A stretch of 64,000 nucleotides of DNA from Faecousia sp. (GTDB taxonomy: Bacteria; Bacillota; Clostridia; Oscillospirales; Oscillospiraceae), in assembly GCA_045611825.1 (NCBI GenBank), contig JAZKXW010000053.1, positions 10,437 through 74,436 of the forward strand, in the 5' to 3' direction. The notes below the pieces were generated by a model that was not told the DNA's origin, searched no databases, and saw only the letters and a list, made by a program, of their open reading frames with translations. How positions within the stretch are numbered: the first letter of the stretch is position 1; each line of letters opens with the position of its first letter. The position numbers and the translations under genes are program-made. Positions 49,058 through 58,394 of this stretch are shown here, piece by piece.

Positions 49058-49459
49058 ATGGCATCTATCGGATGCTTGGGAGACATCCCGTTCAAGGTGT
49101 CTTCCTCCGTTGTTCAGACCATCACCAATGGTAAGCTGTCCGGGTCGGCTAATTATGCTACCCATAAGCGGCATGCCGGTGATGCGCTGACGGAATTTGT
49201 TGGGAACAACCCTGACAAGTTCAGCTTTGATATGGTCCTGTCTGCATACCTTGGTGTGAACCCGATGCAGATGGTGGATAAGATCATTGCCTATATGCGA
49301 GAGGGCCGCACTCTGCCGCTTGTGATCGGCGACAGATCTATCGGTCGGTATCGCTGGACGATAACCAACTACAATGTGCGGATGCAGACCACAGACGGCG
49401 AAGGAAATATTCTGACCGTTACTGTAACCGTCAATTTGCAGGAATACCTGAGATCGTGA
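49058..49459 (+). CDS. Tail protein (P2 gpU-like)
   Basis: IG.LGDI.F.VS...H......EF.G...PLVIG...G.W.I. Confidence 0.8.
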   Translation: MASIGCLGDIPFKVSSSVVQTITNGKLSGSANYATHKRHAGDALTEFVGNNPDKFSFDMVLSAYLGVNPMQMVDKIIAYMREGRTLPLVIGDRSIGRYRWTITNYNVRMQTTDGEGNILTVTVTVNLQEYLRS

Positions 49460-49466
49460 GGTGCCT

Positions 49467-49775
49467 ATGAGTTACAAAGTTTCTTTGGACAATATCGGTC
49501 CTCTGCGGCTCAACGAAACTGACAGAACAAGGTCAGTTCTGCAAAATGTTGGGATCGTGCTGAGTACATGGCAAGGCTCTGTGCCTTTGTATCGTGTGTT
49601 CGGTATTTCGAGGGAGTTTTTGCACAAGCCTGTTCCGGTGGCAAAAGCATTACTCCGGGCAAATATCCGGGAAGCGGTAGAAAGGTTCGAGCCACGTGCT
49701 GAAGTCGTGGATGTAACCTTTGCTGAGGGAGTCGACGGCTTAATCCCTACTGTGGAGGTGAATATCCTTGAGTAG
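49467..49775 (+). CDS. Baseplate wedge (gp25/GPW family)
   Basis: VLQNV..VL.T..GSVPL.R.FG...A.E.FEPR..V. Confidence 0.85.
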   Translation: MSYKVSLDNIGPLRLNETDRTRSVLQNVGIVLSTWQGSVPLYRVFGISREFLHKPVPVAKALLRANIREAVERFEPRAEVVDVTFAEGVDGLIPTVEVNILE

Positions 49776-50904
49776 AAATCCGGAATACCAATTTGTCAGC
49801 ACCGATACTGATGCTCTTGTGTCTGAATTGGTTGCTGGCTATGAGAGGATCACGAAAACGACGGTTCGCCCTGCAAGCCCTGAAAAGCTGTTCATCCAAT
49901 GGGTGGCAAGTGTGATTTTGCAGGAGCGAGTATGGAACAACTACACCGGCAATCAGAACATTCCGAGCCGTGCTACCGGTGAGGATCTGGACAGCCTCGG
50001 TGAGTTGTTTTACGAAACCAAACGCCCCCAGGCGAAACCTGCGGTGTGTACGATGCGCTTCCATATCTCCGAAGCACAGAATACATCGATCCTGGTACCT
50101 GCCGGCACACGAGTAACCGACAATAGCGGCGAGATCGTATGGCAGACCACGCAGGATGCCTATGTGCCGATCGGCGAAACTTCCGTCGATGTGCCGGTGC
50201 AATGTGCGACAGCGGGTGTAATCGGCAACGGTTATGCAGTCGGTCAGATCACCTCGCTTATTGATGTGTTTGACTATTATGCCCGGTGCGAGAATATCAC
50301 CGTCAGCGACGACGGCGCCGACAAAGCCAATGACGAGGACTACTACACTCTGATGCGCACCAGTATGGATGGCTATTCCTGCGCCGGTGCCCGAGGTGCT
50401 TATGTCTATATCGCCAAGAAGGTCAGCACAGAGATCGCTGATGTGCTGCCAAACCGCCCGGCCCCCGGTTGTGTGAATATTTATGTGCTGATGGACGACG
50501 GCACTCTTGCCACAGAGGAAATGAAAAATGCTGTTCTTGCTGCGTGCAGCGCAGAAACCGCCCGGCCGCTTACGGATCTCGTTTCCGTAGCGGATGCAGA
50601 GCAGGTCAAGTACAACATTTCCTTTACCTACTACATTCAGCGGGGCGTTTCCAAGAGTGCAACAGAAATCGAAGCAGAGGTTGCCAATGCGGTGCAATCT
50701 TATGTTTCGTGGCAGTGCGGAAAGTTTGGCCGGGACATCGTTCCTGATCGGCTCCGGGAATACCTCTACGGCGCCGGGATTAAGCGCATCACTTTGAATG
50801 AGCCTGTGTTTACTGTGCTGCGTGATGGCCTGGACAACACCGTACCGCAGGTTGCCAGTGTCGGAGAAATCAAGATCATAAACGGAGGGTACGAGGATGA
50901 GTAA
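49768..50904 (+). CDS. Baseplate J protein
   Basis: A.GE.LD.LG; G.D...DE.Y; S.AG..GAY; RPLTD.V.V. Confidence 0.92.
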   Translation: MSRNPEYQFVSTDTDALVSELVAGYERITKTTVRPASPEKLFIQWVASVILQERVWNNYTGNQNIPSRATGEDLDSLGELFYETKRPQAKPAVCTMRFHISEAQNTSILVPAGTRVTDNSGEIVWQTTQDAYVPIGETSVDVPVQCATAGVIGNGYAVGQITSLIDVFDYYARCENITVSDDGADKANDEDYYTLMRTSMDGYSCAGARGAYVYIAKKVSTEIADVLPNRPAPGCVNIYVLMDDGTLATEEMKNAVLAACSAETARPLTDLVSVADAEQVKYNISFTYYIQRGVSKSATEIEAEVANAVQSYVSWQCGKFGRDIVPDRLREYLYGAGIKRITLNEPVFTVLRDGLDNTVPQVASVGEIKIINGGYEDE

Positions 50905-51586
50905 CCATTCTTTGTCTGCGCAGAACCTGATGGCAACATTGCCCCAGGTGCTCCAGAACGATCCGGATTTGGCTGCTCTCGCTTCCTCTATCGCTGATAT
51001 CCTGGCAAAGCGGAAGGGGGAGATCCGGAGGGTGGCGATCTACTCCCGGATTGACGATCTTCCGGAAGATCTGCTGGATATCCTGGCTTACGATTTCAAG
51101 GTCGATTGGTACAACCCTGACTATCCCATTGAAGCCAAACGGGCTTTGCTGAAAAGTAACTGGAGTGTTCATCGGCGGCTCGGCACAAAAGGCGCAATCT
51201 CCACGGCACTGTCGGATCTTTACCCCGGCTCGACGGTGGAGGAATGGTTTGAGTACGGCGGTGAGCCGTATTTCTTTCGTGTGGTGGTGGATGTTACGGA
51301 GCAGTTTATGGATATTTCCCATGACGAGATTATCCGTACCATCGACATCTACAAGTCGTTGCGTTCTCAGATCGAAGAGGATGCAATTTATTACCGCAGC
51401 CGGCAGGTGTTCCGCATCCGGACATCCTGCGGCGCCGTGGTGTACGGCGTGCGGCTCTGTGGCACTTATCCCGTGAGAGCCACCCAGGGCAGCATAGAGC
51501 CGGGAAATCTATCCGTTGAAACCGATGGAGCCGGTACTGCGTATCGTGTCAAGATGTGCGGCACCGCCCTCGGCAGCATTGTTTAG
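50897..51586 (+). CDS. Tail protein I (P2 gpI)
   Basis: IDDLPE.LLD.LA.DF.VDWY...KR....H...GT..AI; EEWFEYGGEPY.F. Confidence 0.9.
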   Translation: MSNHSLSAQNLMATLPQVLQNDPDLAALASSIADILAKRKGEIRRVAIYSRIDDLPEDLLDILAYDFKVDWYNPDYPIEAKRALLKSNWSVHRRLGTKGAISTALSDLYPGSTVEEWFEYGGEPYFFRVVVDVTEQFMDISHDEIIRTIDIYKSLRSQIEEDAIYYRSRQVFRIRTSCGAVVYGVRLCGTYPVRATQGSIEPGNLSVETDGAGTAYRVKMCGTALGSIV

Positions 51587-51600
51587 GAGGTGCGTTCACT

Positions 51601-51906
51601 ATGCTTGCAGCTGCAGCATTCGCAGATCTGCGCGGCTACATCAAGCGCAGGATCGCCTTTGCGAAATATCGTGTAGGCGACACTTACCACAAGACCGCAC
51701 TGACGGATGTATCTATCTTGGCTGATGGCACTGTCCGGGCGCAGCTGTCCATTATTCCGGGAGATACCGTCACGGTCAACCGGGTAGAGCTTTACAATTC
51801 CGACAGCACATTGTGGGCCTACCAGGATTGCAACATCACTATTTCCACGGGGCAGACCGGGATCCTGTACTGGTTCGACTTCTCCGTGGTGGAAGAGGAG
51901 GGATAG
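51601..51906 (+). CDS. Tail/baseplate protein
   Basis: AGGAGG RBS; position. Confidence 0.6.
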   Translation: MLAAAAFADLRGYIKRRIAFAKYRVGDTYHKTALTDVSILADGTVRAQLSIIPGDTVTVNRVELYNSDSTLWAYQDCNITISTGQTGILYWFDFSVVEEEG

Positions 51907-51909
51907 TCA

Positions 51910-52386
51910 ATGTATCAGAAACAGCATTGGCAAGACCATGTAACCACTCCGGGTAGTCTGTTCACGATCACCGATCACGGCGACGGAACATACACCATTA
52001 CCCCTGCCGGCAAGGTTATGCAGCAGGGCACTCCGCAGGATCAGGCGCACTTCAACAACATGGAGGAAGGTATCTTTGATGCCCATACCGCCGTTGCGCT
52101 TCTGCTGAACTACGCCCGGCAAAACTCCTGGGAGGTTGAAAGCGGCACCGCACAACTGACCAACAGTATGCAGTTCCCGTTTAACGGATCCCAGAAGTCC
52201 GTTGCGCTCTCCGTCGTCAAGGAGAGTGCGGACTACATCGTGCTTACCGAAGTCGTGGCCACCGATGGTAATGTCGGTGAGATCGTTGTTTCGGACAAAC
52301 TTATCAACGGCTTTAAGCTGGCCTTCACCGGCTCGGCAACAGCTGTTACCGTCAAATACACCGTGATTGGAGGTTTCATGAGATGA
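51910..52386 (+). CDS. Tail fibre base protein
   Basis: W.DHV...G.V.QQGTPQ...FNNME.GI. Confidence 0.7.
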   Translation: MYQKQHWQDHVTTPGSLFTITDHGDGTYTITPAGKVMQQGTPQDQAHFNNMEEGIFDAHTAVALLLNYARQNSWEVESGTAQLTNSMQFPFNGSQKSVALSVVKESADYIVLTEVVATDGNVGEIVVSDKLINGFKLAFTGSATAVTVKYTVIGGFMR

Positions 52387-52733
52387 CCATCATCGAAAAG
52401 AATGTAGGAAAGAAAATTCCCTACGAGGTATTCGGCAATAAGATCTGCTTCGACGACGATCTGACAATCAACTTGGCGAAGCGAGAAGAGGACTGGCCTG
52501 TGCATATCGATGTGTGCCTCGATCCCGATGGCGCATTGGTGATCGGCGCAGCTGCCGGCCGTTCCTATGTTGCTGAGATCGACATTCCCAAGCGCAAGTA
52601 CATCGAAGTACCTGCCGACGAAGCCACCGAGCCTGTTGCAACGGGTACGGAGGGCGCAAACTCCGGGCCGGTTATGGAACCGGTTCCGTTCGATATTGAC
52701 AGCATTACGCTCACTCTGTGGGCTGTGGAGTAA
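52383..52733 (+). CDS. Tail fibre-associated protein
   Basis: Coupled; precedes the DGR target gene. Confidence 0.6.
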   Translation: MTIIEKNVGKKIPYEVFGNKICFDDDLTINLAKREEDWPVHIDVCLDPDGALVIGAAAGRSYVAEIDIPKRKYIEVPADEATEPVATGTEGANSGPVMEPVPFDIDSITLTLWAVE

Positions 52734-52744
52734 GGAGGACAATT

Positions 52745-53815
52745 ATGCCTAATTTCGATCTTTCCAACCTGGCACTCGCTTCTGTGTGTCCGGGCAATGA
52801 ACTGATTTACGACGACAAGGGTATGCCCTCCGTCATGGTGAAGATCCCCAAGCAGACCTACGCACAGTTGGGCTTGGGCGGCAGCACCGCCACGCACCCC
52901 GCTTTCATCGTCAACGGACAAGAAGTGGATGCGATTTACATTTCCAAGTACCAGAACATCGTGCAGAACGGCCGTGCGTATTCTTTGCCTGCACAGGATC
53001 CCAAGTGTTCCATCAACTTCGATACCGCTGCGCAGTACTGTGCAGCGAAGGGTGAGGGTTGGCATCTTATGACCCGTGCAGAATGGGCGCTGATCGCTCT
53101 GTGGTGCAAGCAGAACGGTTTTATGCCCAAGGGCAATAACAACTACGGCAAAGACCATAGCGAAGCTGGCTACAAGGCGATCCCCACTTACTACGAAAGC
53201 GGCAAGATCGCCCGCGTCGCCACCGGTACCGGTCCGCTGTCCTGGAGCCACGACAATTCTCCTGCTGGCATCTGGGATCTGAACGGCAATGTTTACGAAT
53301 GGGTCGGCGGCCTGCGTACGGTCTATGGCGAACTTCAGATCCTGGCAAACAATAACGCAGCTGACAGCGCACATTCCCAGAGCGCAAGCAGTGCCGAGTG
53401 GAGAGCCATTGATGCTACCACCGGCGAACTGATTGTTCCTGACGGTGCCGGCACAACTGCGAACTCTATCAAGTTGGATTACATTTCCAACAAGATCACC
53501 TACTCCACGGCGATCACGAACCAGGTTAACGATTACAAGTCCACCGCTTTCAACTCCGTTACCTGCGACGGCACGATCAGCGACGCCGCAAAGCAGGTTC
53601 TGTATGGTTTGGCGCTGCTGCCCTATGGCGACGGCTATGCTGACGATTACATGTACATGAACAACGGCGCTCCCGAGCGGTCCTTCTTCTGCGGCGGCTA
53701 CTGGGACTACTCCGCCAACGCCGGCGTGTTCTTCCTGAACGGCAGCTATGCCCGCTCCCACGCCAGCCCGGGCATTGGCTTCCGCTCCGCTTTTGTTAAA
53801 CTGCCCTCTGCCTAA
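52745..53815 (+). CDS. DGR target protein, FGE-sulfatase/C-lectin fold (probable receptor-binding tip)
   Basis: ISKYQ, GWHLMTRAEW, GIWDLNGNVYEW, and C-terminal GG.W...AGVF.L...RS....IGFRSA. Confidence 0.9.
   Translation: MPNFDLSNLALASVCPGNELIYDDKGMPSVMVKIPKQTYAQLGLGGSTATHPAFIVNGQEVDAIYISKYQNIVQNGRAYSLPAQDPKCSINFDTAAQYCAAKGEGWHLMTRAEWALIALWCKQNGFMPKGNNNYGKDHSEAGYKAIPTYYESGKIARVATGTGPLSWSHDNSPAGIWDLNGNVYEWVGGLRTVYGELQILANNNAADSAHSQSASSAEWRAIDATTGELIVPDGAGTTANSIKLDYISNKITYSTAITNQVNDYKSTAFNSVTCDGTISDAAKQVLYGLALLPYGDGYADDYMYMNNGAPERSFFCGGYWDYSANAGVFFLNGSYARSHASPGIGFRSAFVKLPSA
53675..53791 (+). repeat. DGR variable region (VR) and IMH
   Basis: Variable-position codons are mostly NNC/NNT (tac gac tac tcc aac ttc agc tat cac agc), ending in ggcttccgctccgct. 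Confidence 0.75.
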
Positions 53816-53828
53816 CTGTAACCTGTTT

Positions 53829-53867
53829 GCTCTGCGATAGCAGAGCCTTGCCGTGCGATAGCACGGC
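53829..53867 (+). other. Tandem DGR target-recognition hairpins
   Basis: gctctgc-GATA-gcagagc and gccgtgc-GATA-gcacggc just downstream of the VR. Confidence 0.8.
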
Positions 53868-53880
53868 CGCGCAAATTTTC

Positions 53881-53943
53881 AAAATAACGCATTTCGTTAT
53901 TTTCTCCCAAATCCCACAATCCTCCTGTGCCCGGGAGTAAAAT
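53881..53943 (+). promoter_or_regulatory. Operator plus -10 box of the former avd-TR-RT operon
   Basis: aaaataacg-cattt-cgttatttt palindrome; TAAAAT 38 nt downstream; GGAGG at about 53970. Confidence 0.65.
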
Positions 53944-53975
53944 GTATGCACATTATTTCCGGGCAGCAGGGAGGG

Positions 53976-54314
53976 GTCGTCATCGGCGCCACCGATGAAT
54001 ACCTACAAGAGCACATGGGTCTGCAGCTGAACCAAAAAACGGCAGTTGTGCCGGTTGGAACAGGTGTTGAGTCTGTAGGACGCCGGGTGTGGCCTGAGAA
54101 GATAGAACTTCGCAAGTCCACCTCTCTGCAAATGAAACAGCACCTTTCCTATGTTATGGACGGGTACTCGAACGGCACCTTGCCGCTGGAGTACTGCAAC
54201 AGTGTGATACTTAGCTACCTCGGCCTGATGAAGCATTGCAACTGTGATGCGCTCCGGGAAAAGGTGCTGAGCGATTTCGTACTGGTGCGAAAATCAATGG
54301 AACAAAAGGACTGA
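53976..54314 (+). pseudogene. C-terminal fragment of a DGR reverse transcriptase
   Basis: YL.EH.GL.LN.KT...G..G.(F>S)VG.R.W....LRKS...SYLG.MKH.NC..LR; no YxDD upstream in frame. Confidence 0.8.
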
Positions 54315-54345
54315 TCTCCTGCCCTGGGAGACCGGTCCTTTTTTA
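54304..54345 (+). terminator. Intrinsic terminator
   Basis: aaaaggactgatctcc...ggagaccggtccttttt. Confidence 0.6.
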
Positions 54346-54443
54346 CTGCTTCAACCTTCAGTCTCCACCATGCCGGCGACTGAAAGCCAACAACTTACAG
54401 AGCCGTGCATCTTGGTTGAGGTGCGTATGGAGGAGGTGAGGAA

Positions 54444-54911
54444 GTGACATTACAGCAGATCTTAGATATGGTCGGCGATGTGGTTGGCAACAACTGGGGG
54501 TGGATCTTAGTTGTGCTGCTGTCTATCGTCGAGGTGTCGAAAATCAAGATCAATCCCTGGACGATCCTCTTCGAGTGGATCGGTAATCTCTTTATGTCTG
54601 GCGTCAAGAAAGACATTAAGGATCTGAACGAAAAGGTTACCGGTGTTCAGTCTGACATTGTTGAAATGAAGGCAGAGAGCCGGGAAGCCGAAGCTAAAGC
54701 TGCAAGAAATCGCATCCTTAGGTTTGGTGATGAGGTCTACCAAGGCATCCACCACAGCAAGGAGTATTTCGATCATATCTTGGCGGATATATCGAACTAC
54801 AAAAAGTATTGCAAGGAGCATCCGGAATTTCAGAACGAAATGACGATTATGACGGTCCAGCATATTGAGACAATCTATCAGCGGTGCTTAGAGGAACACG
54901 ATTTCCTTTAG
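54444..54911 (+). CDS. Holin-like membrane protein
   Basis: TM + EVSKIKINPW + coiled coil + RILRF.DE...H..E.F...YC..HP.F.N. Confidence 0.7.
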   Translation: MTLQQILDMVGDVVGNNWGWILVVLLSIVEVSKIKINPWTILFEWIGNLFMSGVKKDIKDLNEKVTGVQSDIVEMKAESREAEAKAARNRILRFGDEVYQGIHHSKEYFDHILADISNYKKYCKEHPEFQNEMTIMTVQHIETIYQRCLEEHDFL

Positions 54912-54977
54912 GCGCAAATCCATAAACAGGCTCACGGATCTCCGTGGGCTTAAAATTTTTTTGAAGGAGGAATCTCT

Positions 54978-56540
54978 ATGAGTTTTACTGCAAGCAAACT
55001 CCTGGCTATTGCAGCTGCCGAGATCGGCTACAAGGAGAAGGAAAGCAACTCCCAGCTTGACAACAAAACTGCCAATGCCGGCGACAACAACTACACCAAG
55101 TACGCCCGGGATCTGCACGCCGCTGGTTATTACCAGGCGAACAAGAACGGCTATGCGTGGTGTGATATGTTCGTCGACTGGTGCTTCCTGCAGCTGACCG
55201 GCAGCAAGGAGAAGGGCGAGTACCTCGAATGTCAGACCGGCCTTTACGGTGCGGGCTGTGAATGGTCCTCCGATTGCTACCGTCGTGCAGGTCGCTTTGA
55301 CAAGAACCCTCAGCCCGGCGATCAGATCTTCTTCGGCAAAACAGATGATGAAGAACACACCGGCATCGTGGAAAAGGTGGAGAATGGCTATGTCTACACC
55401 ATCGAGGGTAACGCATCCAACCAGGTTAAGCGCTGTACCTACTCGCTGAACAGTTCCTACATCGTTGGTTATGGCCATCCTCGGTTCGATCCTGAGGAAG
55501 CAACGAAACCTGCTCCTGTGGTTACCGGCAGGCCGAGTACCAGCGCCGATGAAAAGGCTCTGTGGGATCGCTGCAAGGCAATGGGCATGAACGACTTCGG
55601 TGCTGCCGGCACGATGGCAAATCTCTTTGCCGAGTGTGGCCTGAAATCTAACAACCTTCAGAACACCGGCAACAACAAGTTGGACATGACCGACGAGGAA
55701 TACACCGCTGCCGTTGACAGCGGTGCTTACACAAACTTCGTCCGAGATAGCCGTGGTTACGGTCTGTGCCAGTGGACATACTGGAGCCGCAAGCAGGCAC
55801 TGCTTGATTTCGTGAAGGCTGCCGGTAAGTCTGTCGGTGACTGGGCAGCGCAGATGGACTTCTTGGAAAAGGAACTGGCTGGTTACTCTGGATTGATGAA
55901 GATCCTGAAAACCGCCACCTCTGTCAAGGAAGCTTCTGACGCATTTATGTGCCAGTTTGAGCGCCCTGCCGATCAGAGCGAAGCGGCAAAGGCGAAGCGT
56001 GCGAGTTACGGCCAGGGGTATTACGACAAGTATGCCACTCCGGCAAAGCCGTCTGCTCCTGAAACTCCCGTCGTTACCGAGCTGAAGGTTGGCGACATCG
56101 TTGAGTTCACCGGCACAAAGCATTATGCCAGCGCCAACGCTTCTACCGGCCCTTCCTGCAAGCCTGGTCGTGCTAAAGTTACTGCGGTCTACAAGACGGG
56201 CAAGCACCCCTATCACCTGATTGCTGAAAAGGGCAGCGGCTCCACTGTTTACGGTTGGGTCGATGTTGCTGACATCAAGGGTATGACTGGTTGTGCGGAA
56301 ACTGGTGGCGCAGATCCTGCGTGGACGCCTAAGGTGGGCGATATTGTCAATTACAACGGCACTACGCACTACACCAGCGCCAACAGCACTTCTCCCAAGT
56401 CCTGCAAGGGCGGTAAGGCTAAGATTACACAGATCTATCAGCTGGGCAAGAGTAAGCACCCTTACCATTTGGTGCGTGAGTCTGGCTCCGGTGCAACGGT
56501 CTATGGTTGGGTTGATGCCGGCAGCTTCACGAAAGTGTGA
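54978..56540 (+). CDS. Modular endolysin: CHAP + tail-lysozyme-like domain + two SH3-like binding domains
   Basis: WCDMFVDW...HTGIVE...TIEGN; GYGLCQWT..RK..L, FERPA; VGD.V...HPYHL...VYGWVD twice. Confidence 0.88.
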   Translation: MSFTASKLLAIAAAEIGYKEKESNSQLDNKTANAGDNNYTKYARDLHAAGYYQANKNGYAWCDMFVDWCFLQLTGSKEKGEYLECQTGLYGAGCEWSSDCYRRAGRFDKNPQPGDQIFFGKTDDEEHTGIVEKVENGYVYTIEGNASNQVKRCTYSLNSSYIVGYGHPRFDPEEATKPAPVVTGRPSTSADEKALWDRCKAMGMNDFGAAGTMANLFAECGLKSNNLQNTGNNKLDMTDEEYTAAVDSGAYTNFVRDSRGYGLCQWTYWSRKQALLDFVKAAGKSVGDWAAQMDFLEKELAGYSGLMKILKTATSVKEASDAFMCQFERPADQSEAAKAKRASYGQGYYDKYATPAKPSAPETPVVTELKVGDIVEFTGTKHYASANASTGPSCKPGRAKVTAVYKTGKHPYHLIAEKGSGSTVYGWVDVADIKGMTGCAETGGADPAWTPKVGDIVNYNGTTHYTSANSTSPKSCKGGKAKITQIYQLGKSKHPYHLVRESGSGATVYGWVDAGSFTKV

Positions 56541-56544
56541 TGCT

Positions 56545-56859
56545 ATGGCTGTACGCAGAAGGACAACCAAACCTTCCCGGATGGAGTTTTCAAAAAGGAT
56601 AACCGTCCTCTCCTGGGCGGTTGCCCTGATCCTTGCCTTGCTTGCGATCGTACTGCCGATCGAAGGATATTCCCCTGAGGGCGTATCCCTGGCACTGCCC
56701 TATGCATGGGGTGAGGTCGCAGCGGTGAACGCCCTTTATCTGTGGAAGGCCAAGAACGAAAACCGCCACAAGTACGCCCAAATGTATGTAGACAAAATTG
56801 CAGAAACACACGGTATCGAAACTGCTATCCGCATTGCGGAAGTGGTGCTTAAAGATTAG
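56545..56859 (+). CDS. Two-TM lysis-associated membrane protein
   Basis: MEFSK..., YLWKAKNEN motif. Confidence 0.7.
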   Translation: MAVRRRTTKPSRMEFSKRITVLSWAVALILALLAIVLPIEGYSPEGVSLALPYAWGEVAAVNALYLWKAKNENRHKYAQMYVDKIAETHGIETAIRIAEVVLKD

Positions 56860-56870
56860 GAGGAAATCAC

Positions 56871-57185
56871 ATGGATAAAATTGTTGGATTGATCCCGCTG
56901 CTGCTGGTGATCGTAGGCGTGTTGGTCGTGCTGACCAACATCATTGTTGAGGTACTGAAAAAGCTGATCTGGGATAAGATGCCCACGAACTTCCTTGCGG
57001 TGATCGTGGCACTTGTGCTGACGCTGGTGGCGTTCTTCGCCTTTATCGCCATTGCCGGCATCCCGTTTGTGTGGTACTACCTTGCCGCCGCTATCGTTGT
57101 TGGCTTTATGGTGGCGTATGCAGCTATGTTCGGATTTGACAAACTTCGTGAAGCCCTGGAGAAAATTAAAGAACTGAAAACCTAA
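56871..57185 (+). CDS. Holin
   Basis: Three TMs; IVEVLKK...PTN.L; AMFGFDKL.E. Confidence 0.75.
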   Translation: MDKIVGLIPLLLVIVGVLVVLTNIIVEVLKKLIWDKMPTNFLAVIVALVLTLVAFFAFIAIAGIPFVWYYLAAAIVVGFMVAYAAMFGFDKLREALEKIKELKT

Positions 57186-57215
57186 ATAGGCGGCCGTGAG
57201 CCGCCATGCAGAATT

Positions 57216-57250
57216 AAGCCCCCACCGGATTGTTTCGGTGGGGGCTTTTT
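57216..57250 (+). terminator. Late operon terminator
   Basis: aagcccccaccgga-ttgt-ttcggtgggggcttttt. Confidence 0.8.
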
Positions 57251-57394
57251 GCGTCTGTGGGGGGCGGGACGACGATTTGCGCCGGGGACAGGTGTTAACT
57301 TGTCTAACTCGGTTCGGGGCCGTTGCAACGGCGCTGTGGGGCTTGCAGAGGGGTTTAATCGGTAAGCGCATCGTGCATTTGATTACAAACCCCG

Positions 57395-57646
57395 CTATTC
57401 GATTACCCCATAGCACCGATAACCAGGCCAGTTGTTTGGTGGATCCATCTCCGCCCATCGTTCTTCCTCGTAGAAGAATGCGCAGTTAATGGTGTGGGGT
57501 CTACGATCCGGGTACAATGCTCGGAATTTCTTATGTGCTTCGGCCCACGATGCAGCCTTGACCTCGACCCATCCGTTTTGGAACGGGAAGCCGGTATCTG
57601 TGCCGAAGGTGTAGTAATATGTCCGCTGGATAGTCTGCTCTGCCAT
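57395..57646 (-). CDS. Hypothetical phage protein
   Basis: YYYTFGTD..FPF..GWVEV.A....A...FR...P. Confidence 0.65.
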   Translation of the reverse strand: MAEQTIQRTYYYTFGTDTGFPFQNGWVEVKAASWAEAHKKFRALYPDRRPHTINCAFFYEEERWAEMDPPNNWPGYRCYGVIE

Positions 57647-58098
57647 TATGCCGACACCCCCTTTACCGGAGTCCGGGCTGCGTACAGCAGTTTCCGATGA
57701 TCGAACCGGAAATCGTCGTAGCCCTGTCTGATTACATGCAGATAGTAGGGGGAGGGCTGCGCCCAAGTGCGGCCGGGTGTCATGATATAGGCTATGGCGG
57801 TTACCGTCCGCAGATCAGGCAGCTTCACCCGGAACTCTTGCTTGCGGTAAAGGAACGGGAAACCCTCGTACCGATCCAGCGCCTTTTCGTCTGCCTGTGT
57901 GATGGACCATATACCAACCGGCACCTGGGATCCCTTGCGAGGTTCGATGTTGGCGACACCGCTGCGAGAGTTTCCCCGGAATGTAATCCGGTAATCTTCG
58001 AGGTAGGTTTTGCCGATCATCACGGCACCGGGGCACCGGTATTTCATTTGCTCCACATTCAAGTTGGAGCCGTAGGCGAGATAGAATTTTCTGCTCAT
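57646..58098 (-). CDS. Gamma-glutamylcyclotransferase-family protein
   Basis: YLAYGSNLN..QM..RCP.A; LDRYEG.P..Y. Confidence 0.92.
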   Translation of the reverse strand: MSRKFYLAYGSNLNVEQMKYRCPGAVMIGKTYLEDYRITFRGNSRSGVANIEPRKGSQVPVGIWSITQADEKALDRYEGFPFLYRKQEFRVKLPDLRTVTAIAYIMTPGRTWAQPSPYYLHVIRQGYDDFRFDHRKLLYAARTPVKGVSA

Positions 58099-58148
58099 AT
58101 CGCATTCCTTTCTGCCGGGGAGAAACCGCCCCGGCTCGGTATACAGGC

Positions 58149-58346
58149 TTAGTAGGTGTAGGACTTTATGAGATTGCCACGGTTGTCTTGGAGATCCACC
58201 CGGATAACCTTTTTGCCCCGGGCTTTTTCCCAGTAATCTTTGAACTCACGGGCTTCTGTTGCGGTCAGCGTATCAGTGTTGGCGACATTCTCGGTTTTGC
58301 CGCCCTCGTACCATACGAAAACCCATCTACTCGGCATACTCAACAT
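58149..58346 (-). CDS. Hypothetical small protein
   Basis: AGAAAGGA RBS. Confidence 0.6.
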   Translation of the reverse strand: MLSMPSRWVFVWYEGGKTENVANTDTLTATEAREFKDYWEKARGKKVIRVDLQDNRGNLIKSYTY

Positions 58347-58394
58347 TTCTTTTTCCTTTCTGCCCGGTTACAGGCCACCGGGCGTGGCGGTTAG

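Noticed and set aside
53816-54444. Intact DGR (TR, avd, full RT)
   Set aside because: No AAC-rich copy of the VR found, no avd-sized ORF, and the RT ORF lacks YxDD and the upstream domains; the ATG at 53946 lies in promoter/leader DNA.
36708-56570. Long minus-strand ORFs (36708-38225, 40184-41872, 44969-46720, 52565-53761, 54888-56570; also 18907-20457)
   Set aside because: Antisense shadows of well-supported genes with biased codon usage; no recognisable motifs.
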